Source: a virus (Duplodnaviria; Caudoviricetes). Taken from it: 53,696 bases of DNA. A program made the position numbers and the translations under genes. Positions 1-6,755 of the stretch are shown here, piece after piece (positions within the stretch are counted from its first letter, which is position 1; every line of letters begins with the position of its first letter). The notes below the pieces were generated by a model that searched no databases, was not told the origin of the DNA, and saw only the letters and a program-made list of their open reading frames with translations. The stretch spans positions 1 to 53,696 of IMG/VR virus record IMGVR_UViG_3300030106_006557; one strand, written 5' to 3'.

Positions 1-112
1 CCAACGATCCAGCGGGCCAACGATCCAGCGGGCCAACGATCCAGCGGGCCAGCGATCCAGCGATCCAGCGATCCAGCGATCCAGCGATCCAGCGATCCAG
101 CGATCCAGCGGG
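1..112. repeat. Octamer tandem array: 3x CCAACGAT-CCAGCGGG, then 7x CCAGCGAT, then CCAGCGGG
   Basis: Read directly; 8-bp period with GATC at most unit junctions; the same unit forms the right end of the window. Confidence 0.97.
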
Positions 113-172
113 CCAAGGCCAAAAACTTTATAAGGGAAAGATCACGGCCCTTGGCGCTATGTTTCAGGGTAG

Positions 173-198
173 AAAAAAGGCCGTCAATTCGACGGCCT
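173..198 (-). terminator. Rho-independent terminator after the GP88-like gene
   Basis: AGGCCGTC-aattc-GACGGCCT stem with A6 on + (U-tract on -). Confidence 0.85.
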
Positions 199-219
199 GA
201 AGGGAAAACAAAAAGGGAA

Positions 220-906
220 TTATTGGCAGACTACAAATCCGCTCGTATCGTGTTTAGCTGGCCCTTTAGCTTTCAATCCGACCACTACACTAGCCGGATC
301 AAGAAAACGTAAATCAGATTCATCGCCATTAAACACGCGATAACCTAAGTATGTTTTGGGCAGGAATTTCTCAAAGACGACGGCCACATTATGGCCCATT
401 TGGAGGGCCTTTTCTACCTCGTGATGATTTTTTTCGGATCGACTAAAAGTCAAATAATAGTTAGGAATATTTAGACGTAAATATTTAGACGTTTTTGTGT
501 AGTCGTAAAATTGAATTTTAGGAAACTTCTTAAAAATGCCGGTAGCAACCCAAGGGAAATCGGACGTACCGTTAAGCCTGACAACTGGAATCAATCCCTT
601 TTTATCGGCCCGTTTCTTTAACGCTCTTATCTCTTTTTCCAATTGATCAATAAAACCTCGACGATCTTGAAACAATCGCAATGTTTTTTTTAATCGGGCG
701 TTTTGGGTTGCTGTAAATTTTCCCTTACCGGCTAAATTTAAACAGGAATCAATACATCCTCGACTTGCATTAGGGCAGACGTTATAACCGGAAAGATCAC
801 TAGGCAATAAATAAAGAATTCCAGTCATGTATCCCTGTTTTCGGCCTTTTGCAGTTTTTGCATTAGCGTCAATATTCAACAATTTTTGTGTCTTTGGTTT
901 TTTCAT
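220..906 (-). CDS. GP88-family phage protein (Cys-motif, radical-SAM-like)
   Basis: CPNASRGCIDSC, VRLNGTSD, QFYDYTK, DLRFLD motifs; own promoter, AGTGGAG RBS and terminator. Confidence 0.75.
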   Translation of the reverse strand: MKKPKTQKLLNIDANAKTAKGRKQGYMTGILYLLPSDLSGYNVCPNASRGCIDSCLNLAGKGKFTATQNARLKKTLRLFQDRRGFIDQLEKEIRALKKRADKKGLIPVVRLNGTSDFPWVATGIFKKFPKIQFYDYTKTSKYLRLNIPNYYLTFSRSEKNHHEVEKALQMGHNVAVVFEKFLPKTYLGYRVFNGDESDLRFLDPASVVVGLKAKGPAKHDTSGFVVCQ

Positions 907-935
907 AATTACTCCACTATTTAAAAAGATGGTTA

Positions 936-964
936 ATTATCGTATAAAATCGCATACACGTCAA
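936..964 (-). promoter_or_regulatory. Sigma70 promoter TTGACG-17-GATAAT with tandem-heptamer operator (940-956)
   Basis: Consensus match 30 bp upstream of the start at 906. Confidence 0.8.
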
Positions 965-966
965 AT

Positions 967-992
967 AAAAAAAAGGCCGTCAAAGGACGGCC
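967..992 (-). terminator. Rho-independent terminator after the DUF932 gene
   Basis: GGCCGTC-aaag-GACGGCC with A8; same stem as the terminator at 173-198. Confidence 0.85.
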
Positions 993-1014
993 CTAAAATG
1001 TTTAAAAAAGGCGG

Positions 1015-1872
1015 TTAAGAAAAAGCAATTTCAGTGCCTTGCCTCCAAAGATTAGCGTTAATTCTTAAATCGTCTTTTATGTTCGTAATCGGCCTAGAAA
1101 ACCGACGCTGTAATAGATTAAATTCTTGAGTTTCTCTATTAACGGTTTGAGTAAATACTGGCATGCGATTTTTTAAAAGATTTTCTTGGATCCGATTTAT
1201 AACCGTGTAGGCATCATTGGAACAATCCTCGTTCCGAGTCGGTTTAATTAAAGTTTTAACCGTATTGTGATCAAAAAATTGGCCTACCTTTGGATTGTTA
1301 TGATCCAACAATTCCCACCTATTTTTTGCAAACTGAAAACCCATCTCCAATACTTGACCAGAATCTAACGCAATATTTTTTAAGTGTGTCACTTGCTCGG
1401 ATGTTCGATAATGATTTTCAAAAACCCTCTTCAACAGATTTTTAAAAGCCTCGACACTTTGAGTGTGATGTAGAACGTGCTTTTCACCCGTTCCATCGAC
1501 TAAATTATTAGAACAGACCATCCTAAAGTTTCCGCTGTAAAATTTTAAGGCGCTATTAGCGTCTCCACTATTATACAGAACAATTTCTGACCGATCTGAA
1601 GCCGTCAAATCTTGATCCAAACGAGTGAATCGAACAACGTGTTGTTTGAATCGGTGTTGATCAACTCTCCTAGCTCTAACTTGTTTCGCGTCCGTTATGC
1701 CAAAACCGTTATCGGACAAAGCCTCAATAACATCAACCGTTTTAAAAACATTGTATCTGCTACTAGTCTGCGAGAATTTTTCTGTGTTAAAAACCGCTGG
1801 AGCCTTTTTGAAAACATCGGCCTCATTCAAGAACTCATTTTTTCTGGTCGTAATTAAATCGGATGCATACAT
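1015..1872 (-). CDS. DUF932/DUF945-family protein
   Basis: APAVF..TSSRY..T..VIEAL..GF, KQHVVRF, EIVLYNS.D, FRMVCSN motifs; start moved to ATG 1872 behind the AGTGGAG RBS. Confidence 0.8.
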   Translation of the reverse strand: MYASDLITTRKNEFLNEADVFKKAPAVFNTEKFSQTSSRYNVFKTVDVIEALSDNGFGITDAKQVRARRVDQHRFKQHVVRFTRLDQDLTASDRSEIVLYNSGDANSALKFYSGNFRMVCSNNLVDGTGEKHVLHHTQSVEAFKNLLKRVFENHYRTSEQVTHLKNIALDSGQVLEMGFQFAKNRWELLDHNNPKVGQFFDHNTVKTLIKPTRNEDCSNDAYTVINRIQENLLKNRMPVFTQTVNRETQEFNLLQRRFSRPITNIKDDLRINANLWRQGTEIAFS

Positions 1873-1914
1873 AGTATTAATCTCCACTAAAAGTTAAAAA
1901 AATGTCACAAGCGA

Positions 1915-1944
1915 ATACTCGCATATAGTTGCATACCTTGTCAA
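1915..1944 (-). promoter_or_regulatory. Sigma70-like promoter TTGACA-18-GAGTAT with operator (1919-1935)
   Basis: Perfect -35, weak -10; same cassette position as the other promoters. Confidence 0.6.
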
Positions 1945-1945
1945 T

Positions 1946-1996
1946 AAAAAGATCGCCCGATCTTTTTGAACAAAAAAAACCGCCCAATCGGGCGGT
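1946..1996 (-). terminator. Two adjacent hairpins: bidirectional AAAAAGATCG/CGATCTTTTT and CCGCCC/GGGCGG with A8
   Basis: Inverted repeats directly downstream of the ORF ending at 2022. Confidence 0.8.
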
Positions 1997-2021
1997 CTTG
2001 GAAAGCAACTTAAAAAATTAA

Positions 2022-2516
2022 TCAAATATACTCAAACGTAATATTTTTTCCATCGGCCTTTTTTTTGCCCCCTGAGTCCAAAAAAATCCAATTACCTTTT
2101 CGTACACCAGTAAAATCGTGATCCCAAGGTTTCCATCGACGACCAGACTTGTAAAAAGTGGTGTACTTTCCCCTAACTTTTTTTTGCTCGACAATTTCAA
2201 CATTTTTTGTCTTTTTAGACTTTTTAAAATTGTTCAAATGTTCAGTTAACTTTGCTTTAGACAAGGCATCCAATAAATCTTTTAAAACATTCAAATCATA
2301 AAATTTAATTTTTTGAAAAGATTCTCCGCAACTGTGATGCCATTCCTCTGTTTTCCAAATATTTTGATCTGCCAAATATTTAGCAAAATTTAAACTGATA
2401 TCAATATGATGGTTTTTTAGATCTATCGTCGTAATTCTTGAGATAGGTTTTCGGCCTTCCTCGTATGCCAAAAGAGCGTTGTTACTCATTCCTTGAAAAT
2501 GATCGTATCCCGACAT
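2022..2516 (-). CDS. Hypothetical phage protein (MSGY..MSNNA..AYEEG family)
   Basis: ORF with AAGTGGAG RBS before ATG 2516, flanked by promoter and terminator. Confidence 0.75.
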   Translation of the reverse strand: MSGYDHFQGMSNNALLAYEEGRKPISRITTIDLKNHHIDISLNFAKYLADQNIWKTEEWHHSCGESFQKIKFYDLNVLKDLLDALSKAKLTEHLNNFKKSKKTKNVEIVEQKKVRGKYTTFYKSGRRWKPWDHDFTGVRKGNWIFLDSGGKKKADGKNITFEYI

Positions 2517-2560
2517 TTTTAACTCTCCACTTAAATTTAAAAAAGATGCTACCAAAAAGA

Positions 2561-2589
2561 ACGTTAACATATAAGATTATATGCGTCAA
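2561..2589 (-). promoter_or_regulatory. Sigma70 promoter TTGACG-17-TAACGT with operator (2570-2586)
   Basis: Consensus-like elements upstream of the 2516 start. Confidence 0.65.
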
Positions 2590-2959
2590 CTTTTTCGTTT
2601 TTTTCGCTCTCGCGCTTCAGCCCACTTTTTCAAACTCTCTCGTCTCTTCAGTTCTGCCGACAGATCAACTGGCCTCTCCAGCCATGCTACTAACTTATTT
2701 AATAACCAAAACATTTGTTTTCTCCTATATAGAATCTATTTCCAAAATTATTTTTTTTATTTTTTTTTTTAACGAAGGGGTATACGCATTTTTGCCTTAA
2801 ACTAGTTTGTGCAGACAAAGCCAACCGTTCAAATCTCCCTGTGCCAAAAAATCCCCCCAAAAACCGCATAAACAAAGGGCCTTGAGAATTGGCACAATTT
2901 CCCCTCCGGTCACGCCTATTTTCGCTAAAAAAACAGATTTTTTTTAGTGATGCCCTATA

Positions 2960-3382
2960 CTACAGAGCAAACTGCACAAACCTCTTGAACTCCTCCCAAT
3001 CCTCTTCCGAAAATTGATTGAATCTCTCAAAAACCTTCTCTCGCACAAAATCGTCCGCCATCCGATCCTTGATGGGTTCGTGCCCCGAGAGCCGTGCCTC
3101 GCAGACAGCCACCAAAAATTTCCGAGCCATCAACCGCATTTCGTCATCGCTCCTCGTTGGTTCTTGATCTCTTGGTTCAAATTTATCATTTTCCATTTTT
3201 TCCATCTCCATTTGATCAATCTTCAGGTTTTTAAAATAACCCATTTGTTTATCCTTTCGTTTTAAAATTTCGTTAAAAATTTGAACGAGAGCGTCGGACA
3301 ATCCGACCCCTTCTAACCGTTCCCTTTCTTGATCCGCAAAAGCAATCAACGTTTGGTTTTGGTTTTGGTTTGTGTCCATCAC
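2960..3382 (-). CDS. Hypothetical protein (possible internal start at 3244)
   Basis: GGAGA RBS; start overlaps the upstream stop; second SD (AAAGGA) before the internal ATG. Confidence 0.7.
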   Translation of the reverse strand: MMDTNQNQNQTLIAFADQERERLEGVGLSDALVQIFNEILKRKDKQMGYFKNLKIDQMEMEKMENDKFEPRDQEPTRSDDEMRLMARKFLVAVCEARLSGHEPIKDRMADDFVREKVFERFNQFSEEDWEEFKRFVQFAL

Positions 3383-3681
3383 GTTTTCTCCTTAACGTCG
3401 ATTTTAAAATCGTAATCTCCGAGGGTCTCGTCCCAAATCGCAATTTCGGCCTGTCGCCTTGCTTCTGTCTCATCGACAGCCTTGACTTGAAAAACATTCT
3501 TTTGAGTAACAACCACGTCCCACGTTTTTTCTTCATCCAAGTCAACCTCAAAAACTTTGGAACCGTTCGACCAGTCGTCGTCCGCTTCCTGTTCCTGTGT
3601 GACAAACGGCTCACTTTCAAACGCCTTGATTTCCTCAAGGTTGCCTTGCGACATTAAAACCTTTACAAAAATTTTACGCAT
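3379..3681 (-). CDS. Acidic hypothetical protein with V-x-A-x-x-E-x-E-A motif
   Basis: Translationally coupled ORF; VKAVDETEARRQA. Confidence 0.75.
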   Translation of the reverse strand: MRKIFVKVLMSQGNLEEIKAFESEPFVTQEQEADDDWSNGSKVFEVDLDEEKTWDVVVTQKNVFQVKAVDETEARRQAEIAIWDETLGDYDFKIDVKEKT

Positions 3682-3863
3682 TACTTACCCCCCATCATTT
3701 TTTTAAAAAGATCGGCCTGCCGACCCAATTCCAGCAAGTATTTTTCTGACATTTTTGCTTCCTCAACGGCACTCTCAACGTACGGATTCAAAATAGCCTG
3801 TCGAATACGGTCAATCGCGGTTGACACGGCTGTCTCCACGGACACTTCTTTCTCTTCGCTCAT
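3681..3863 (-). CDS. Hypothetical protein
   Basis: GAGGAG RBS, coupled to neighbours. Confidence 0.75.
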   Translation of the reverse strand: MSEEKEVSVETAVSTAIDRIRQAILNPYVESAVEEAKMSEKYLLELGRQADLFKKMMGGK

Positions 3864-4087
3864 AAGGACTCCTCTCTAGAATGTTCTTCCCACTTCAATG
3901 AAAACTCGCTAAACTTTTTCAAACGCTCTAGGACTTCTTCCATGTCCCACCCTCGCTCAATGGCTTGCTCGCCAAACGCTAGATCAGCAATTTCTCTCAC
4001 AAAAAACTCTCGTTTCTTTTCGTCCGACCAAGCCGGATCAACAGGAAATTTTTCGTTCATTGCTTGATAATTATTAACTTCTTTCAT
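3860..4087 (-). CDS. Hypothetical protein
   Basis: GAGGAG RBS; first gene after the terminator. Confidence 0.75.
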   Translation of the reverse strand: MKEVNNYQAMNEKFPVDPAWSDEKKREFFVREIADLAFGEQAIERGWDMEEVLERLKKFSEFSLKWEEHSREESL

Positions 4088-4108
4088 TCGAATCTCCTCT
4101 CTTCAGTT

Positions 4109-4134
4109 AAAAAAAGCAGGGCCGTTGGCCCTGC
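4109..4134 (-). terminator. Rho-independent terminator
   Basis: GCAGGGCC-gtt-GGCCCTGC with A7. Confidence 0.85.
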
Positions 4135-4140
4135 ACCAAA

Positions 4141-4299
4141 TTACGCTTGCAACCGTTTAAGTTCTTTAGCAGACTGCCCCCGACGACTTTTAGCTTTGGC
4201 AATCTTTTGCTCAAGACTTAAAGCGTCGTGAGCTTTCTGCCGTGCTTCAGCTTCTTCTCGCTTCAACTTACGATACTCAACTCGTTTCATGTGTTTCAT
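4141..4299 (-). CDS. Small basic 52-aa protein (not in ORF track)
   Basis: MKHMKRVEYRKLKREEAEARQKAHDALSLEQKIAKAKSRRGQSAKELKRLQA; AAAAGGAG RBS; lies between a promoter and a terminator. Confidence 0.8.
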   Translation of the reverse strand: MKHMKRVEYRKLKREEAEARQKAHDALSLEQKIAKAKSRRGQSAKELKRLQA

Positions 4300-4423
4300 T
4301 CGTATCTCCTTTTGACCGTTAAAATCTGAACTCTAACAGCTACTCACTTCAGCTTTAGCTTTCGCTGTTTGGCCCATCCGCTTTAAGGTTTGCTGTTTGC
4401 ACCCACCCTCAAGGCGTGAATAA

Positions 4424-4453
4424 ATCATCGCATATACTCGCATATCATGTCAA
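4424..4453 (-). promoter_or_regulatory. Sigma70 promoter TTGACA-18-GATGAT with perfect operator TATGCGA-gta-TATGCGA (4428-4444)
   Basis: Direct reading. Confidence 0.7.
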
Positions 4454-4463
4454 CCCCCTTCGC

Positions 4464-4493
4464 AAAAAAAAAGAGGGAACCGTGGTTCCCTCT
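4464..4493 (-). terminator. Rho-independent terminator
   Basis: AGAGGGAACC/GGTTCCCTCT with A9. Confidence 0.85.
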
Positions 4494-4500
4494 AAGGTGA

Positions 4501-5274
4501 TCACAAAGTTTTTTTAAGTTCGATCATTTCAAGAGCTTTTTTGAGAGCCTCGTCAAGCCCCCATGCATATCGCTCAAAATTGTTCTCACCGCGCTCCTCA
4601 CGATCGCCAATAATCTTCTCACAAGAGCGATCGAAATAGAGCGAATAGTGTGATTCTCCTTCCCGATCCCACAGATCGTCCCTGCATTCCACTTCAAAAT
4701 TGTGTTGGTTGCAAAGAGTTAAAAGTTTCTTTTTCTTCTGCAAAGCACTCTTGCGCTCCATTTCACGCTTCTTTTGAGTTTTCTTCGCTTCCAACAATTC
4801 TTTTGGCATCCTCAAACCTTCCGAAACTGTGAGCATCCACACACCCCTGACTCGACTTCGCCGATGAACCCTTGGATGTTTGAATCCAACGACCGCTTCG
4901 GTCTGACAACAAACAAATCTGCGCCCTTGGACAAGTTGCCAGTGGTTTCCAGCATCAATCAAAAAAACCCTAGATTGTCTCCACTGTGAACTTATTTTGA
5001 GAAATCGAGCTAGGGTTATGTTTCTCTCAAACCCTGACACGTTCGACTCAGCCAACTGTGACATTCGGATTCCACAAGCTCCCAAGGCATTTTGGACTTC
5101 TCGCGTAGTTGTTCCGGTGACCGCTTCTCTTTGAGAGAACGCTCGGATTAATCGTGAGCAATCCATCGTAGTCAAACCAGTAAGAGCCGAAATCACGGCT
5201 GGCCCACAGAACCCATTTTTGTCGGCTTTGCGAGTGCCGTGATTGACCGGATGAATATTTAATGCTTTATACAT
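4501..5274 (-). CDS. Putative papain-fold (C39-like) cysteine peptidase domain protein
   Basis: GFCGPAVISALTG, GTT..EV..AL..G, AGNHWQLVQG; start moved to ATG 5274 behind AAGTGGAG. Confidence 0.5.
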   Translation of the reverse strand: MYKALNIHPVNHGTRKADKNGFCGPAVISALTGLTTMDCSRLIRAFSQREAVTGTTTREVQNALGACGIRMSQLAESNVSGFERNITLARFLKISSQWRQSRVFLIDAGNHWQLVQGRRFVCCQTEAVVGFKHPRVHRRSRVRGVWMLTVSEGLRMPKELLEAKKTQKKREMERKSALQKKKKLLTLCNQHNFEVECRDDLWDREGESHYSLYFDRSCEKIIGDREERGENNFERYAWGLDEALKKALEMIELKKTL

Positions 5275-5378
5275 GGTAATACCTCTCCACTTAAATAGAG
5301 TTAATAAAATTTTCCACATTGTTAAAGAACGTGGGACGTGCTTCATGTCCCTTTAGTCTTTGTTTAAAGACTAAAGTT

Positions 5379-5407
5379 ATTATATCAGATACTGTCCCAT
5401 ATGTCAA
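5379..5407 (-). promoter_or_regulatory. Perfect sigma70 promoter TTGACA-17-TATAAT (leftward early)
   Basis: Exact consensus; operator fills the spacer (5385-5401). Confidence 0.92.
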
Positions 5408-5427
5408 CTATTTTATTTATCCTTTAA

Positions 5428-5440
5428 AATCAACAACTTA
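5428..5440 (+). promoter_or_regulatory. IHF-binding consensus AATCAACAACTTA
   Basis: Exact match to WATCAANNNNTTR with an AT-rich 5' flank, between divergent promoters. Confidence 0.6.
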
Positions 5441-5448
5441 TTAGGGGG

Positions 5449-5477
5449 TTGACAAGTATGGGAATTTATGGTAGAAT
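5449..5477 (+). promoter_or_regulatory. Sigma70 promoter TTGACA-17-TAGAAT with extended TG (rightward early)
   Basis: Near-consensus; operator at 5457-5473. Confidence 0.9.
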
Positions 5478-5542
5478 TCTTTTTAAGAATTCCCAGCAAA
5501 AAATCGGGAGTTCAAAAAAAATAAGCATTGACGATACGTCAA

Positions 5543-5558
5543 TGTTTCATGTGAAACA
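5543..5558. promoter_or_regulatory. parS-like palindrome TGTTTCATGTGAAACA
   Basis: 15/16 match to the bacterial chromosomal parS TGTTTCACGTGAAACA. Confidence 0.7.
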
Positions 5559-5579
5559 TTTTTTTTAAGTGGAGATAAA

Positions 5580-5750
5580 ATGAAAAAAACTACGTTAGCA
5601 GAGGCCATAGCAAGTTGGCCCCGAGAAACGCGAGGCACTCGCAGGGATTATTTGGATTGCATCGCGATGCGTTATCAATTGGGCAGGGACGTTGACGCGA
5701 GGGCTTTGGAGGCTCAATATCGACGTGTTTGGAACGAAAATCGTAGGTAA
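5580..5750 (+). CDS. 56-aa hypothetical protein (not in ORF track)
   Basis: AAGTGGAG RBS; MKKTTLAEAIASWPRE...; first gene after the rightward promoter. Confidence 0.75.
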   Translation: MKKTTLAEAIASWPRETRGTRRDYLDCIAMRYQLGRDVDARALEAQYRRVWNENRR

Positions 5751-5772
5751 TGAAATAAGTATGGAGGTATGA

Positions 5773-5934
5773 ATGGAAATTCAATTAAAATTGAACCTCG
5801 ATCAAGAGGACAGCCTAAATCATATGGCAAAAAGACTTGCTGATGAGGACATAGTTACAGGCTATCACACAAACTGGGATCATGCATACGAGTGTGCGTG
5901 GCAAGGTTTAGAGGCTGAATATGGACAAAATTGA
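5773..5934 (+). CDS. 53-aa hypothetical protein (not in ORF track)
   Basis: GGAGG RBS; MEIQLKLNLDQEDSL... Confidence 0.7.
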   Translation: MEIQLKLNLDQEDSLNHMAKRLADEDIVTGYHTNWDHAYECAWQGLEAEYGQN

Positions 5935-5959
5935 ACCTTTTTAAGTGGAGAGGTTTGGA

Positions 5960-6508
5960 ATGAATCGAGGCGATGACCCTGTCAACCATCCGGCCCACCA
6001 CAAGGCCAAAAAAATGAACCACAAAATTTTGAAACTCAAGGAGGCTCAGGATTTTGTTAGGTCTTTTCATCGGCACAGCCCGCCCCTGAGACGCCATAAG
6101 TTTTCAACGGGGGCCTACGACGATTGCAACAAACTTGTGGGCGTTGCGACAATAGATCAGTGCAGTAGTGCATGGTCGAGACGGCATGACCATGTTGAGT
6201 TAAGGAGGCTTTGCCTCAAGCCTGATGCCCCAAAAAATACGGCTAGTTTTTTGATAGGCAAGGTCAAGGATGCTTGCTTTGCCATGGGCTATAATGTGAT
6301 TGTGACCTACACGAGACCTTTTGAGAGTGGTGCGAGCTTGAAGGCCACTGGGTTTTATCTGGAGAGAGCCACATGGGTGAAAAACCAGCCGACACATTCA
6401 AAAGGTTTGTTGCGATGGGTAGCCGTGAGAGATAGGCCCCCGACCTTGGATCAACGGTCTTGGACGAAACAGACGTTGGCAAAAATTAAGGGAGATGAGC
6501 ATGAGTGA
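5960..6508 (+). CDS. XF1762-family / Mom-like GNAT-fold protein
   Basis: EAQDFV..FHRH, KLVGVA, ELRRLC, NTASFL, GY..IVTY, ESGASLKATGF; start ATG 5960 (or 6014). Confidence 0.75.
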   Translation: MNRGDDPVNHPAHHKAKKMNHKILKLKEAQDFVRSFHRHSPPLRRHKFSTGAYDDCNKLVGVATIDQCSSAWSRRHDHVELRRLCLKPDAPKNTASFLIGKVKDACFAMGYNVIVTYTRPFESGASLKATGFYLERATWVKNQPTHSKGLLRWVAVRDRPPTLDQRSWTKQTLAKIKGDEHE

Positions 6509-6755
6509 CTTGACGAAAGAGAAGGAGTTTTTTATGGCGCACTTGGAAGAGGTGGTGGAGTTGTTGGCTTTTTTGAAAAAAAAGGGGCATCCTCCGCATG
6601 TGGCCGGTGCTTTACTTTTGTCGGGCGCGGCGATGCTGGTGTTTGACGATGCGGACAGAAAAGAGGCCGTTAGTCTTTTTGACGAAATTTGCAGATTGAA
6701 TTTGGGGCTAAAAGAAAAATATGAAACGCCGCATACCTCAAAAGAAATGCACTAA
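6495..6755 (+). CDS. Hypothetical protein
   Basis: Coupled ORF, GGGAG RBS. Confidence 0.7.
   Translation: MSMSDLTKEKEFFMAHLEEVVELLAFLKKKGHPPHVAGALLLSGAAMLVFDDADRKEAVSLFDEICRLNLGLKEKYETPHTSKEMH

Noticed and set aside
1-112. CRISPR array
   Set aside because: 8-bp contiguous units with no unique spacers and no cas genes
2465-2800. + strand ORFs in the 2.6-2.9 kb gap
   Set aside because: Low-complexity Phe-rich translation of T-tracts, opposite to local transcription and overlapping a promoter
4330-4370. Hammerhead ribozyme (GAAA and CTGA present on the minus strand)
   Set aside because: Core reads CTGAAGT rather than CUGANGA, and the three stems cannot be built
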